Assembly: GCA_012295275.1 (NCBI GenBank) | Contig: CM022669.1 | Location: forward strand, 124,001-188,000 | Direction: 5' to 3' | Source: Chrysomallon squamiferum | Taxonomy: Eukaryota; Animalia; Mollusca | DNA length: 64,000 nucleotides | Part shown: positions 1-13,573 of the stretch, piece by piece | Layout: every line of letters starts with the position of its first letter | Position numbering within the stretch: the stretch's first letter is position 1 | Program-made: the position numbers and the translations under genes | Notes under the pieces: generated by a model | Database searches by the model: none | Seen by the model: the letters and a program-made list of their open reading frames with translations, nothing else | Told to the model about the DNA's origin: nothing

Positions 1-1759
1 ATACTTTTTAAAAATAGGAAATTACACATTATTTCTATACATGTGAAATGTATCGGTTCGCATTTTAACATTCTTATTTGTATTTTAGAAAGATTACAGG
101 TTATCAAAGAAAGCTCTCTGTCAGGTAGAGATAAATAATTATTTATTTATCTAGACACAGACATAAACTTTTAATACGCCTTAAGTCTCTTTAAAAGTAC
201 TGTCCACCCTCAGTTTCATGGACCAACTGAGAGAACAGGTCCGGAAAATTGAAAAAGACTGACATTGCGAATGTAAAGATTAACACTAAAATTTACCGAA
301 ACATTAAATTTTATACAGGATCAGCTATATATCACAGTGATATAATAATGTAAGAACTATACAGTCATAAAAAAATGTGGATCGAAAGAAGATTGCTTAG
401 TGGAACTCGGAATAATTTAATAGTACAGTTTCAAGCGGGAAATATGCTCTGGAGTAGAATGGGCCAGTGGGCCAACCTACCCCGACCCGACTTGTCCCAG
501 TCAGCGTTTTATTATGACCTTTCGTTCCTGACCAGCAATTGTCAGTTCGTTCATATCTAATAATATTTCTAAGTTTTTTTTTTTTCAGAATTGCATGCCA
601 CAAAAACTACATTTGAAAGTAAAAAACCTTTAGCTATATATAAGAAACTAAATGTGGCAAAAACAAAACTTACAATGCCAAATCAAAGAGCATTTCTTGG
701 TAGGTTGAAAACTGGCGCGTATAAAGTACAAAGAATGAGGTAGATCCAATTAACAAAAAGTAATAAGTGAACGAAAAACGGAAAGACAATCAGTTCTACA
801 CCGTTAATTCTTTGCTGGCCTAACTTGCCCCGAGTTGGCTCGGTTTCTCCTATACATGAAATTCCTGTATTATTCATATTTTGGCTAAAGTGAAACATAG
901 TATAATATCACTGGGACATTTATATTTAAAGAAAAGATTAACAGTTATCAGAAATATACAAATACCATCAGAAGTAAATTAACAATTTGACATAAAACGT
1001 GTAAAATTGTAAATAGTGATGTTAGTAACTCTTCTTACCCCGCACAACCAGTTTCGTCAATTTGCAGAAATAATGAATATGCGTTTACCGAGAAATATCA
1101 GTAATGTTTATTTTCCCATGCGAAACCTAATACAGACAAGATAATTATTATAAACAGTAATCCATGTTACTGAAGTTACGCCAAGACATTTAATAAACTG
1201 TGCACTGTAGCATCTTCAAATTAAATAACAGTCCACAAGGAAAAATGGGAAGTAAAATGCTTAGAAATATAATTACTGACTCATCTTTAATCTTTAATAT
1301 TTTAATTACGTATTAAAATGAAACACAAAGCCCTAAATTAATTATTGATCTCATCTGATCTGTAGCACGGTTACACGTAAATCCATGATTAACCAAATAT
1401 GAAAATACTTACCTTCACTAACAATTATCTAAAACGTGTCATGTCAAGGGCCACTGTGCAATGCCTTGCTTAAACGCTTAACTGCAGATGCCATATATAG
1501 TCATGTCACATGTCCCAAAAGGAGGCAGTAATCTCTGCTTATCTTGCTAGCATTTACTCTTCTCAGATAACTTTTAAGAACTAATTACTATAAAAACATT
1601 AAATAATGACCTTTACAGAATAGGAAATGGTTATTGTTTCTCTATCCTATACACTTCCCAGTTTAAAATATTGCTATGCTAGGCAACACCAAAACGGTTA
1701 ATACTATTTTTGATATACGTAATAAAATCATTCTCACTTACGAACAATTCTAATTTTCG

Positions 1760-2800
1760 GAGAGATCTTTAGGGAATTTAATGCCTGGGTTACGGCTGTT
1801 ACAGCGAGGAAGTCTATGTCGTCTGTCTGGAAGATGATCAGTCTGGGTATTTGAAGATGTCACAGTTCTTGTTGCAGGTGCTGCTGCCTCCTTATGACTC
1901 GGTTCTATTTAAAGGAGTGACATGTCATAGGAGTGACGTAACAAAAAGGAGTGAAACCTCAGATATAAATTTCAAAGGAGTGACAACCATACAACCATCC
2001 AACACTATCCATTACATGTTCCGTGGGGAATGTTTTCCAACTGTTTATGTTCTGATAACTGGAAAAACGCAAGAAACGTATACGTCCATACTAGAACGAT
2101 TATTATCAGCTGCAGAAGCAAACCCTACTTTTTTTATAGTAGATTTTGAATTGGCAAGCATCAGTGCTCTTCAACAGATATATGGTTCCAGTTTTTAAAA
2201 TTAAAATCTTAATAATTTTAATAATTGTTATATATATATTTTTTTAAATAAAATTTTAATTACACCGAGTCACTCCTTTGTTATGCTACTTCTATGAAAT
2301 GTCATTCCTTCGATACAGAGGCTAGTGACTATATCTTCTGAATCCAATATCTGCGATATGTGGATATTCTTCTGAGATGATTTTCCCATCCAGTGTTTTA
2401 CAACTAGTATGCAGCCATGACTGTGCACTAACACGGATAAATACCTTATATGGTCGCGAATCCCAAATGTCCTGGTTCTTATGTCAACTCTGCTGATGGT
2501 TTCTCACATAAACAAATTCGTCCACCAAGTGGAACATCAGAATCGGTTGAATTGGCATTTCGGTTTATTCATATGATTCACGCATCTGTTGATAATGGAG
2601 GGTTATCCATTGATCAACATCTGGAATGCCACCTTTCTTCGTCCAAAAGTTTATCAAACAATAATTTTGGTTCGCGTCCAATAAATAGAAAATATGGAGA
2701 GTACACCAGTTGGTGAATGTCGAGTTGCATTGTAGGTTTTAACAAATTCTGGGAGATATTTTGGCCAACGTTTCTTCTGGGATGTGGCTTCGGACACCAC
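1760..2800 (-). mobile_element. Degenerate Gypsy-type LTR retrotransposon relic (integrase C-terminal region), interrupted by a MULE remnant
   Basis: Minus strand ~2790-2640 reads QKKRWPKYLPEFVKTYNATRHSPTG/YSPYFLFIGREPKL with a frameshift, matching the Gypsy integrase motif WxxxLPxxxxAYNxTxHxxTGYSPxxLxxGRxP. Downstream QDIWDSRPYKV resembles the GPY/F module. Boundaries approximate. Confidence 0.7.
1901..2322 (+). mobile_element. Internally deleted Mutator-like (MULE) DNA transposon
   Basis: TIHYMFRGECFPTVYVLITGKTQETYTSILERL...FIVDFELASISALQQIY fits the MULE transposase core. It is flanked by imperfect inverted repeats (aaaggagtgacatgtcataggagtgacgtaacaaaaaggagtga at 1911-1954 vs tcactcctttgttatgctacttctatgaaatgtcattcctt at ~2270-2310). 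Degenerate ~9-bp flanks ttatgactc / tagtgacta. Confidence 0.75.
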
Positions 2801-3451
2801 CAGGATGATTTAATTTATTCGTTCACAAGTTTTAATTTGTTTATAATATAAACGTTGTACGAACACCAGAATATAATTTTAAAAAGGTCGGATTCACAAT
2901 ATATTGTTACAGAGATATCCTCACATTAATAACTATTCAACTAACGAATAATTGTAAAAATAGTTATTACTGTGACAAGGAATTTTATATATAGGATAAA
3001 AATGTGAAAAGTAGATTACGTTAAAGTACTCTATTGAAGAGCTAATAAATAATTATTACTTTGCTCTTACGTGCATATGTACTTAAACAAAAATACAAGG
3101 AATAAGAATGATCAGACTAGTCGTTTTGTGTCTCAAATTACAATTAAAAAACTCAACAATTTTCGAGAAGGCCTGATACGTGTTTACAAAATAAGTATTT
3201 TAATAATAAGGATACATTAATCTGCTTCTAAATATTATTGAAGATTATAAAATGAAATACTAAAGAAAAACACCCCCCCAAAAAAACAACGAACTCCCCC
3301 AAAGCACCATACACTAAAACAAAAACAATAAACAACAAACAAACAACTATTTGACTGTTATATAGAATCTAGATTTGAAAACATACCAAATTTTTCCACA
3401 CGTACCAAAAGAAGTTAAAAAGTAGCCAGAAACGACAAAACAAAAGGGATA

Positions 3452-4656
3452 GGGTAAGTTGGGGTAATTCTGGCCACGTTTTCCATTCAACCTCAACTAC
3501 AGTTTCACAGACAAAAGGAAACAACAAAATGGAGTGAATAATGTGTAGTATATCTATTTCTGCTTCAAAATACAGAAACACTATATGCATAGTGCTTATA
3601 CTTTTGAAATGGGAACCAGGTTAAAAAATATTCTCAAGGGGTCAGATTTACCCCGATGATTTGGGGTAAATCTGGTCCCCCACATTCATGATGTATTTTG
3701 GTCCTCAAATTTGTTGTCCTAATCATAATACAAGTCAGCTTCAAAACTTCAATAAACAAAACTCCTTGACAAATATGACACAAGAATACAATATTTCAAG
3801 TCTGCACCAGCTGGGATTTCGAGGTTTGCGCAAGGATCAAGACAATACCAATTTGGGCACCCGTCGCATCCTGTGAACTCGTCAGAATTCATTCCATCAT
3901 AAACTCTGTCATAGAGTTCACATTTTTCTTGTGTATCTACTACATCTCTGTCTTCTAATTCAGACTCGTCACCATCAACGTTTTCTTTGACTGCATCCAC
4001 CGGTTCTGCTGTAACATTGAAACTGATCTTCTTCTGTTGTTTTCTTTTTGTAGTTTTGTATCTCTCACCTTTGTTTTCTTTGCCTTCCTTCCTCCTCCTT
4101 CTTCTTCTTTGTTGACACTTTCTTCTTCTGTCAGTGCCTCGGTATATCTTATCCTCTTGATTTTATTGGAGTTTGGACTGTGGACTTTCAATAGTTTCAA
4201 ATAAAACTCAGAATGGATTATATCAATACCATTACTATTGATTTCACCACCAAATTATGGAGGCCAGATTTACCCCATCCTTGCCCCAAGGGGTGGAGTA
4301 AAATAAAACACATATTTCTTGCTTAATTACCACATATTAATCAAGTTTCTTCTGCTGAACTTAATAATTGATTGTTTACCTGTTATAACTTATCACTAAC
4401 CTTATGTCTATATGACTAAAACAATAATACTCACTTTTGAAACCTCAAAATGCACTTTTTTTACAATCTTGTTGTTTTCATTACTTTCATGGCCACTATA
4501 CTTCACATGTAAAATGCTGATTACCGACATCCTTTGTTCTAATGAGAGATAGGAAGGTTCTATTTATATCAACAAAGTTTCAGAAATCTGGACAGAGCAG
4601 TATAGCGGGTGCAAGTCATAATATACCTCGGGGGCCAGAATTACCCCACAGTACCC
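3452..4656 (-). mobile_element. Non-autonomous Tc1/mariner-superfamily (pogo-like) DNA transposon with TA target duplication
   Basis: TIRs: TA|GGGTAAGTTGGGGTAATTCTGGCC at 3450 and GGCCAGAATTACCCCACAGTACCC|TA ending at 4658. Internal minus-strand remnants ALTEEE..KEEE..RKAKK and CDGCPNWYCLDPC (PHD-like) resemble pogo-type transposase C-termini. Confidence 0.75.
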
Positions 4657-5299
4657 TACATGTATGTCAGAACTACAGAGAGGGGGTGATAACCGAAAAC
4701 GTTTAATGATTCTGCTCTGAATTAGAACATTCTAATGAAACTGATGGTAGTGTAATCAAAGTAATCTTTTAATGATTACAATCAAACCAGAAGATGATTT
4801 TATTAGTTTTTTAAAGTTTATTAAATAACAGATTTCAGCTTTTCTGAGGTTCTATTTATATGGAAAAAACAGGTGACTGAGATAACATAGGTTATACACT
4901 GTTTTCATTGCAAACAATGTAATTATTACAGCTATCTTTGTCAGTTAAATTTCTTTGTTAAAAATATCGTTATAAACATCATTTATGATTAAAATAGCTA
5001 AATGTCTGAATGTTCCTGAAACCTAACTTGCATAATCTACATGTATGTTCTAAAAGGGGACTGTTACATCACCATGTGTCAGTGTTCATCCTTTTTAATT
5101 TATTATTATTCTAAAATTAAAGAAAAAAGAAGAAAAAAAGTATAAAAGGAGTAAAATAAAATTAAAATAAACCTTGAATATCAAAGACTATTTGTTCAAA
5201 TCATGGTTAGGCTAAATCAATATTTAAATTATTTCTAACATAATTTAATATTTTATTGTATTTTATTTTATTATTAGTTTTAAATTAATTAATTAATTA

Positions 5300-5301
<2 letters not shown>

Positions 5302-5342
<41 letters not shown>

Positions 5343-5457
5343 ACAAAGAAAGAACTATACAGCATCGAACCTTCTTACCGGATCCATTAAGTACTTCTGC
5401 ATACAACTGTTGTTGGCAACTCGAAATAAAAATAACAAATATCTTTTGTACCAGTTC

Positions 5458-5507
<50 letters not shown>
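5302..5507. repeat. (TTA)n and (TAA)n microsatellites in inverted orientation
   Basis: tta run ~5302-5341; taa run ~5458-5507. Confidence 0.9.
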
Positions 5508-5511
<4 letters not shown>

Positions 5512-5605
5512 CAAGACCCATTGTATAAACTAATAAAACTATAATAATATACAAGTTAAGCTTTGTTAAACAGCAGGCAGCACATTTACATCAGCTGTAT
5601 AAATA

Positions 5606-5717
<112 letters not shown>

Positions 5718-5879
5718 TTCCACTCTAGATTTACACGTCCGATGTGGATTATTTAAATCGTTTGATGATCCTTTCACAACACTAACAGTATGCACCGGTC
5801 CGCTTGAATTGTATCTTCTCTATGGTTTGATGTAATAGCCTAAGACGCAAGATGACTCAGCCGGGGAGAATATCAGAAC

Positions 5880-8430
5880 TACTGCCAGCACAGTCATGCT
5901 TATTAATACAACCGTTACCATTGCCATTACCATCACTACTACTATCATTACTGTGTGTACGAATACCATCGATTTGTTGGCTGTTACCATCACTATCTTG
6001 TGTATTAATATCCCTGGGAAGTTTGACATTACCATCGCTACTACCAGGATTGCGATGTCTATGCTGCTATTACCATCACTTACTACCAGTACTATCATGT
6101 GCACGAATACCACCGACCTGACTGTCTGCTTATACTACCACTACTAACAGCAATCACTATCATGTGTATTAATAGCAACGATAAGGCTGACATTACCATC
6201 AGTAATACCAGTACAATCTTGTGTATTAATACCAGCGGTACCGCTCACATCACCATCACTACTTCCAATACAATCTTGTGTATTAATACCACCGATGCCG
6301 CTGCCATTACCATCAGTATTGCCAGCACAGTCACGTTTTGAAATACAACCGTTAACGCTGCCACATCCATCATTACTACAGAACAACAATGTCAACGAAT
6401 ACGATCGATCTATCTGCTATTACCATAATTTCTACCAGCACTATCAAGTCTAATAATACCATCAATACCGCTACTATTACAATCACTAATACCAGCCCTA
6501 CCATTTCTAATAATACCACCGATATCGCTGCAACTATAATGATTAATACCAGCACAATGAAGTCTAATAATACCATGAGTAATACCATCACTAATGCCAG
6601 AACTATCACGTCTAATAATACCACCGATATCCCTGCAATTACCATCGATAACACCAGCACAATCATGTCTATTAATGTCACCAGAAGCGCTTCTATTACC
6701 GTCATTAATACCAGCAGTATCATATCTATTAATACAGCCTAAACAGCTTCTATTACCATCACTGACAGCAGCACTGTCATCTCTAATACCGATATCTCTG
6801 AAATTACAATCACTAATACCAGTAGAATCGTGTTTAATAGTACCACCACAACCGCTGCTATTTTATTCACTAATGCAGGGACTATCATGTCTCACAATAC
6901 CACTGATATCTCTATAGTTACTTCATTAATACCAACACTAGCCTGTCTATTAATACCGGCACTATATTCACTAATGGCAGCATTGTCATGTCTAATAATA
7001 CAACCAGTACCGCTCTTATTATCTTCACTAATACCAGCAATATCCTAATAATACCACAGAACAAATGCTATTACATTCATTAAAGCCAGCATACCATATT
7101 AGTGCAGCTCTCATTACCTTCTGTAATATCAGCATTACCTTGTCTAATAATACAACCAGGACCGCTATTATTATCATGATTAGTACCAGCACTATCATCT
7201 CTAATAATACCAACAGAACCGCTGCAATTACCTTCACTAATATCAGCACTATCAAGTTTAAAAATACCATTAGTGCCGCTGCAGTTGTAATCAGTAATAC
7301 CAGGTCAATCCTGTCTAATAGTCCAACCAGAACCGTTGGTATTAAAATCACTAACATCGATATCCTGTGTAAGAATGCCCTCTGAACCGCTGCTATTATC
7401 ATCTATTAATAGCATAAACAGCTGCAATTACCATCACTAAAACCACCGCCAATAATACCACACATATCTCTGAAATTACAATCACTAATACCATATTATA
7501 TTGTCTTATAATGCCTCCAGAACGGCTGCTATTATCATCAATAATACCAGCACTATCAAGACTAATAATACCATCAGTACCACAGCTATTACTATCACTA
7601 ATTCCAGCATTATAATGTCTAATAATACCACCAGACCCTCTGCTATTACCATCATTAATAACAGCACTATGAAGTGCAATAACGCCATAAGTACCGCTGC
7701 TATTACCAACAATAATGCCATCACTTTCATGTCTAATAATACCACCGATATACCTGCAATTACCATCGATAACACCAGCACAATCGTGTCTAATAATGTC
7801 ACCCGAAGAGCTCCTATTTCCGTCACTAATACCAGCACTTCCATATCTATTAATTCAGCCTGAACAGCTATCAAGTCTAATAAAACCATCAGTACCACTG
7901 CTATTACTTTTACTAATTCCAGGAATAGCCTGTCTAATAATACCAGCAGCACCGCTGCTATTACAATGAGTAATACTATCATTTCTAAGAATACTACCGA
8001 TATCGCTGCAATTACCATCACTAATACAAGCGTGTCGAATAATGCCACCAGTACCGCTCTTATTACCACCACTAAACAAGCACATTCATGTCCAATAATA
8101 CGGCCAGAACCGCTGCTATTATCACCACTAATGCCAGCTCTATCGTATCTAATAATACCAGCGGCAAAGATCCTGTTACCGTCACTAATGCCAGAAATAT
8201 CATGTCTAGTAATAACAGCAGCCCTGCTATTACCTTCACAACTGCCATCATTATGAAGTCTCATAATAGGACCAGATCCTCTGCTATTACCCCCATTAAT
8301 ACCAGCACTATACTGGATAATAATATGACAAGAACAGGTGCAATTACCATCAATCATACCAGCGCTATCATGTCTAATAATACCACCCAAATCCCTGCAA
8401 TTCCGGACACTAATACCAGCACAACAAAAA
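5880..8430 (+). repeat. Degenerate ~57-bp minisatellite (19-codon Thr/Asn/Ile-rich unit)
   Basis: Unit ~tctaataataccaccagaaccgctgctattaccatcactaataccagcactatcatg. ORF pieces show SNNTTRTAAITITNTSTIM-like repeats broken by stops and frameshifts. Confidence 0.85.
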
Positions 8431-10575
8431 CAGTGAATTCTCCTCCGGTTTCGCAATCACCTTTGTTATCAGCGGAAGAGCAATTGCATCATTCTTCGAT
8501 CTAAGAAAGACACGTACAAGCAGAATATAGATAGCACACTCTGAATGCAGGAGATCGCGCAATTGTAGCTCGTATCAGACGTGGATTGGAATAGAACGGA
8601 ATGCATGTCTTGAATGTCACAATCGAAGTTGACGCTTGCGATCTTACATAGCAACATATTCTCCATTCGTCGTCTTTCGTCAAGGTGGGTCAGTTTGTCT
8701 GATGCAAATAACACATTCGAATCGTCCGTCCTGAAGACCACTATTACATGTGGCTTCGCGCACCCATAGGAGATCAGGCATGACAGGAGTTGCATATATT
8801 TTCCCTGTAAGAAACACACAGACACACACACATAGACAAATATAAAAAAGTTATCAGCGGAAGAACAATTGCATGATTGTTTGCTGTAAGAAAGACACGT
8901 AGAAACACTCTGAATGCAGGAGATCGTGCATGCTGTTCTTTTAAAGACCAGTGCACTAGAAACAAAAAGATTACATTCTTTTCCGGTTTCGCAATCTGTG
9001 CTAAAAGTTGTTTTCTGCGTTCCGAGCACAATTCGGAGCTATGAAAGCAGCCATAGTAGCTCGTATAAAACATGGATTAGAAGAGAAATGAAAGCTGGTC
9101 TTCAGTGCCACAATCGAAGTTGATGATTTCGATCATATATGGCAACGTCTCCTCCATTCGTCTTTCATATAGTTGGGTCAGATGCAAATGACACGTAGGA
9201 ATCGTTCAGTCCTGAAGCTCTTCTCTACAAGGTGTTAAGTATTCACTGTTATAAGTGGTTTCGCGCATAATTAACTTCGAAGAGCAGTTCATGCACAAAA
9301 GGCGTTACATGTGTTCTCCCTGTAAGAAACATACTCACACACATACACACACACACACACACACACAAACAAACGTACACACACCCACACAAACAAATAT
9401 ACACACACCCACACCCACAGACTAACATAGAAATTTGCTTTCCGTCATCCACCTTCTTCGTTCACAGCGGAAGAGCAATAGGATGATTCTTTGCTGCAAG
9501 AAACACACGTAGAAACAGAAGATAGATAGCACATTCACACACGCACAGGCCCAGACAGAGACACACAGACACACAAAAACACACACACAGAAACACATAC
9601 ACAAACAAATAGAAAAGTTCCGTCCTGAACCTACGAGCCAGCTGGGTCTCAAGCAAATGACACGTGGCAATCGTTCCGTGCTCAAGCTCCTCTCTCCAAT
9701 GTGTTACCTACACACTGTCAGATGTGGCTTCGCGCACGATCGTATTCGAATGGGAGTTAGCACAGAACAGTAGTTGCATGGTTTTTCGCTATAACAAACA
9801 CACACACACACGCACACACACAGATAAACACAAAAACGTGTTACCCGTTATCCGCCTTCTTCGTTATCAGCGGAAGAGTAATTGCATGATTGTTTCCTGT
9901 AAGAAAGATACGTAGAAACAGAAGATAAACAGGACACTCTGAATGCAGGAGATCCTCCATGCTGATCTTTTAAAGACCAGTGCACTGGAAACAAAATTAT
10001 TACATTCTTCTCCGGTATCGCAATCTGTGCTGAACATTGTTAGCTGCGTTCCGAGCAGAATTGGGCGCTATGAGAGCAGCCATAGTAGCTCGAATAAAAC
10101 ATGGATTAGAAAAGAACGGAAAGCTGATCTTCGGAGCCACATAGCAGCGTCTTCTGCATTCGTCTGTCATAATGGTGTTAGTTTGTCTCATGCAAATATT
10201 AGAATCGTCTGCCCTGAATCTAACGTAACGTACTCACTATTAGATGTGGCTTCGCGTTCCATCGTATTCGAATAGGAGTTCAGGCATGAGAGGAGTTTCA
10301 TGTTTCTTCGCTGTTTGATACACACAGACAGACACAGACACAGATACACACAGACAAACACACACACAAACACACATACTCGTGCACACATAGATAGAAG
10401 CGTCCATCATCTTCGTTATCAACGGAAGAGCGAATTCTTGATTCTTCGACTTAACAAAGACTCGCTGAAACAGAAGATAGATAGTACACTCCCGAATGGA
10501 GGAGATCGTTCGTCCTGTTCTTTTCAGGACCACAACACTGGGAACAAAAAGACTGCAATCTTTTCCGGTTACGTA
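8430..10575 (+). repeat. Diverged ~400-600-bp tandem repeat family B (about 5 copies, with CA tracts)
   Basis: Motif gttatcagcggaagagcaattgcat..att..aaagacacgtagaaacagaagatagatagcacactctgaatgcaggagatc recurs at ~8466, 8850, 9460, 9863 and 10416. Confidence 0.8.
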
Positions 10576-10887
10576 TTCTCTTCTGAACTTTAGATGCGTC
10601 GCAACAGCTCGCACTACGAAACTTTCAATCGTATGCACACATAACAGACAGCATTAAATGCGTTCTGTTCTCAAGCATCTCTTTCAAAGGTGTTAATAAT
10701 TAATCATTCGATCTGATTTAGATGAGGTGGTGTGTGTGTGTGAGTTTATTGAGAAGAAACGAATTTATCTCGCAACCGCTCGCTCTACAAAACATTCAAT
10801 CATGTGCACACATAACACACAGCATTGAATGCGTTCTGTTCTCAAGCAGCTCTTTCAACGTTTTTTTTATGGATTATCATTAGATCT
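10575..10887 (-). repeat. About two diverged 169-bp satellite monomers in inverted orientation
   Basis: tcgcaacagctcgcactacgaaactttcaatcgtatgcacacataacagacagcatt is the reverse complement of the satellite; orientation switches at agatct 10882-10887. Confidence 0.85.
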
Positions 10888-13573
10888 GTCAATAAATACA
10901 GACACGCACCACATCACTTAAATGAGATCTAATGATTATCCATTAACAGCGTTGAAAGAGCAGCTTAAGGACAGAACGCATTCGATGCTGTCTGTTATGT
11001 GTCCACACGATTGAGTGTTTCTTACAGCGAGCGGTTGCGAGAGGTATTCCTCTCTTGAGAATAAACACACACACGCACCACATCACTAAAATGAGATCTA
11101 ATGGTTATCCATTAACAGCGTTGAAAGAGCAGCTTGAGAACAGAACGCACTCAATGCTGTGTGTTACGACTGCATCTGATTGAAAGATTCGTAGTGCGAG
11201 CGGTTGCGACAGGTATTCGTGTCTTGTCAATAAACACACACAAGCCCCACCTCATCTAAATCAGATCTAATGATTAACCATTAACAGCGTTGAAAGACAT
11301 GCATCAGAACAGAACACATTCAATGATGTTTGTTATATGTGCATGCTGTTCAGTTTCGTAGTGTGAGCTGTTGCGAGAAGTATCCGTGTCTTGTTAATAA
11401 ACACAGACACGCACCACATCACTAAAATGAGATCTAATGATTATCCATTAACAGCGTTGAAAGAGCTGCTGAGTAAACAGGACGCATTCGATGCTGTCTG
11501 TCATGTGTCCACACGATTGAGTGTTTCGTACAGCGAGCGGTTGCGAGAGGTATTCCTCTCTTGAGAACAAACACACACACGCACCACATCACTTAAATGA
11601 GATCTACAGATTATTCGTTAACAGCGTTCAAAGAGCTGCTTAAGAACAGAACGCACTCAATGCTGTGTGTGACGACTGCATACGATTGAAAGTTTCGGAG
11701 TGCGAGCGGTTGCGAGAGGTATCCGTGCCTTGTTAATAAACACACACACGCACCACATCACTTAAATGAGATCTACAGATTATTCGTTAACAGCGTTGAA
11801 AGAGCTGCTTAAGAACAGAACGCACTCAATGCTGTGTGTTACGATTGCATACGATTGAAAGTTAAATGAGATCTAATGATTATCCAATAACAGCGATGAA
11901 TGAGCTGCTTGAGTACAGAACGCATTCGATGCTGTCTGTCATGTGTCCACACGATTGAGTGTTTCGTACAGCGAGCGGTTGCGAGAGGTATTCCTCTCTT
12001 GAGAATAAACACACACACGCACCACATCACTTAAATGAGATCTACAGATTATTCGTTAACAGCGTTGAAAGAGCTGCTTAAGAACAGAACGCACTCAATG
12101 CTGTGTGTTACGATTGCATACGATTGAAAGTTAAATGAGATCTAATGATTATCCAATAACAGCGATGAATGAGCTGCTTGAGTACAGAACGCATTCGATG
12201 CTGTCTGTCATGTGTCCACACGATTGAGTGTTTCGTACAGCGACCGGTTGCGAGAGGTATTCCTCTCTTGAGAATAAACACACACACGCACCACATCACT
12301 TAAATGAGATCTACAGATTATTCGTTAACAGCGTTGAAAGAGCTGCTTAAGAACAGAACGCACTCAATGCTGTGTGTTACGACTACATCTGATTGAAAGT
12401 TTCGTAGTGCGAGCGGTTGCGACAGGTATTCGTGTCTTGTCAATAAACACACACAAGCCCCACCTCATCTAAATCAGATCTAATGATTAACCATTAACAG
12501 CGTTGAAAGACATGCATCAGAACAGAAAACATTCAATGATGTTTGTTATATGTGCATGCTGTTCAAAGTTTCGTAGTGTGAGCTGTTGCGAGAAGTATCC
12601 GTCTCTTGTCAATAAACAGACACACGCACTACCTTATCTAAATCAGATTTAATGATTATTCATTAACACCGTTGAAAGAGCTGCTTGAGGACAGAACGCA
12701 TACAATGCTGTCTGATAAGTGTGCACACGAAGGAAAATTTCGTAGTGCGAGAGGTTGCGAGAGGTATTCGTCTCCTGTCAATAAACCTCATCTATATCAG
12801 GTTTAATGATTATCCATTAACAGCGTTGAAAGAGCTGCTTGAGGATAGAACGCATTTAATGGTCATACAATGCTGTCTGATAAGTGTGCATACGACTGAA
12901 TGTTTCATAGTGCCAGCCTTTGCGAGAAGTATCCGTCTCTTATTAATAAACACACACAAGCACCACGTCGTCTAAATCAGATCAACAGGTTATGCATTAA
13001 CAGCGTTGAAAGAGCTGCTTGAGGACAGAACGCATTCAATGCTATCTGTTATGTGTGGACACGATTGAATGTTTCGTAGTGCGAGTGGTCGCGAGAAGTA
13101 TTCGTGTCTTGTGAATAAACACACACACGCACCACCTCACTTAAATGAGATCTAATGATTATCCATTAAGAGCGATGAAAGAGCTGCTTGAGAACAGAAC
13201 GCACTCAGTGCTGTGTGTTACGACTGCACACGATTGAAAGTTTCAGAGTGCGAGCGGTTGCGAGAAGTATCCGTGTCTTGTTAATAAACACAGACACGCA
13301 CCACATCACTAAAATGAGATCTAATGATTATCCATTAACAGCGATGAAAGAGCTGCTTGACTACAGATCGCATTCGATGCTGTCTGTTATGTGTGCACAC
13401 GATTGAGTGTTTCATACAGCGAGCGGTCGCGACAGGTATTCGTCTCTTGGCAATAAACACACACACGCACCACATCACTTAAATGAGATCTACAGATTAT
13501 TCGTTAACAGCGTTGAAAGAGCTGCTTAAGAACAGAACGCACTCAATGCTGTGTGTTACGACTGCATACGATT
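10888..13573 (+). repeat. Diverged left-flank layer of the 169-bp satellite with higher-order (a-b-c) organisation
   Basis: Distinct monomer types recur in order; near-exact 269-bp duplication (ORFs 11839-12030 and 12108-12299 differ by one residue). Confidence 0.85.

Noticed and set aside
375-1500. Short ORFs and isolated minus-strand GTAAG donor-like sites
   Set aside because: Could not be assembled into a consistent reading frame or a recognisable protein.
7506-8456. 316-aa hydrophobic minus-strand ORF resembling a membrane protein
   Set aside because: Antisense reading of the 57-bp minisatellite.
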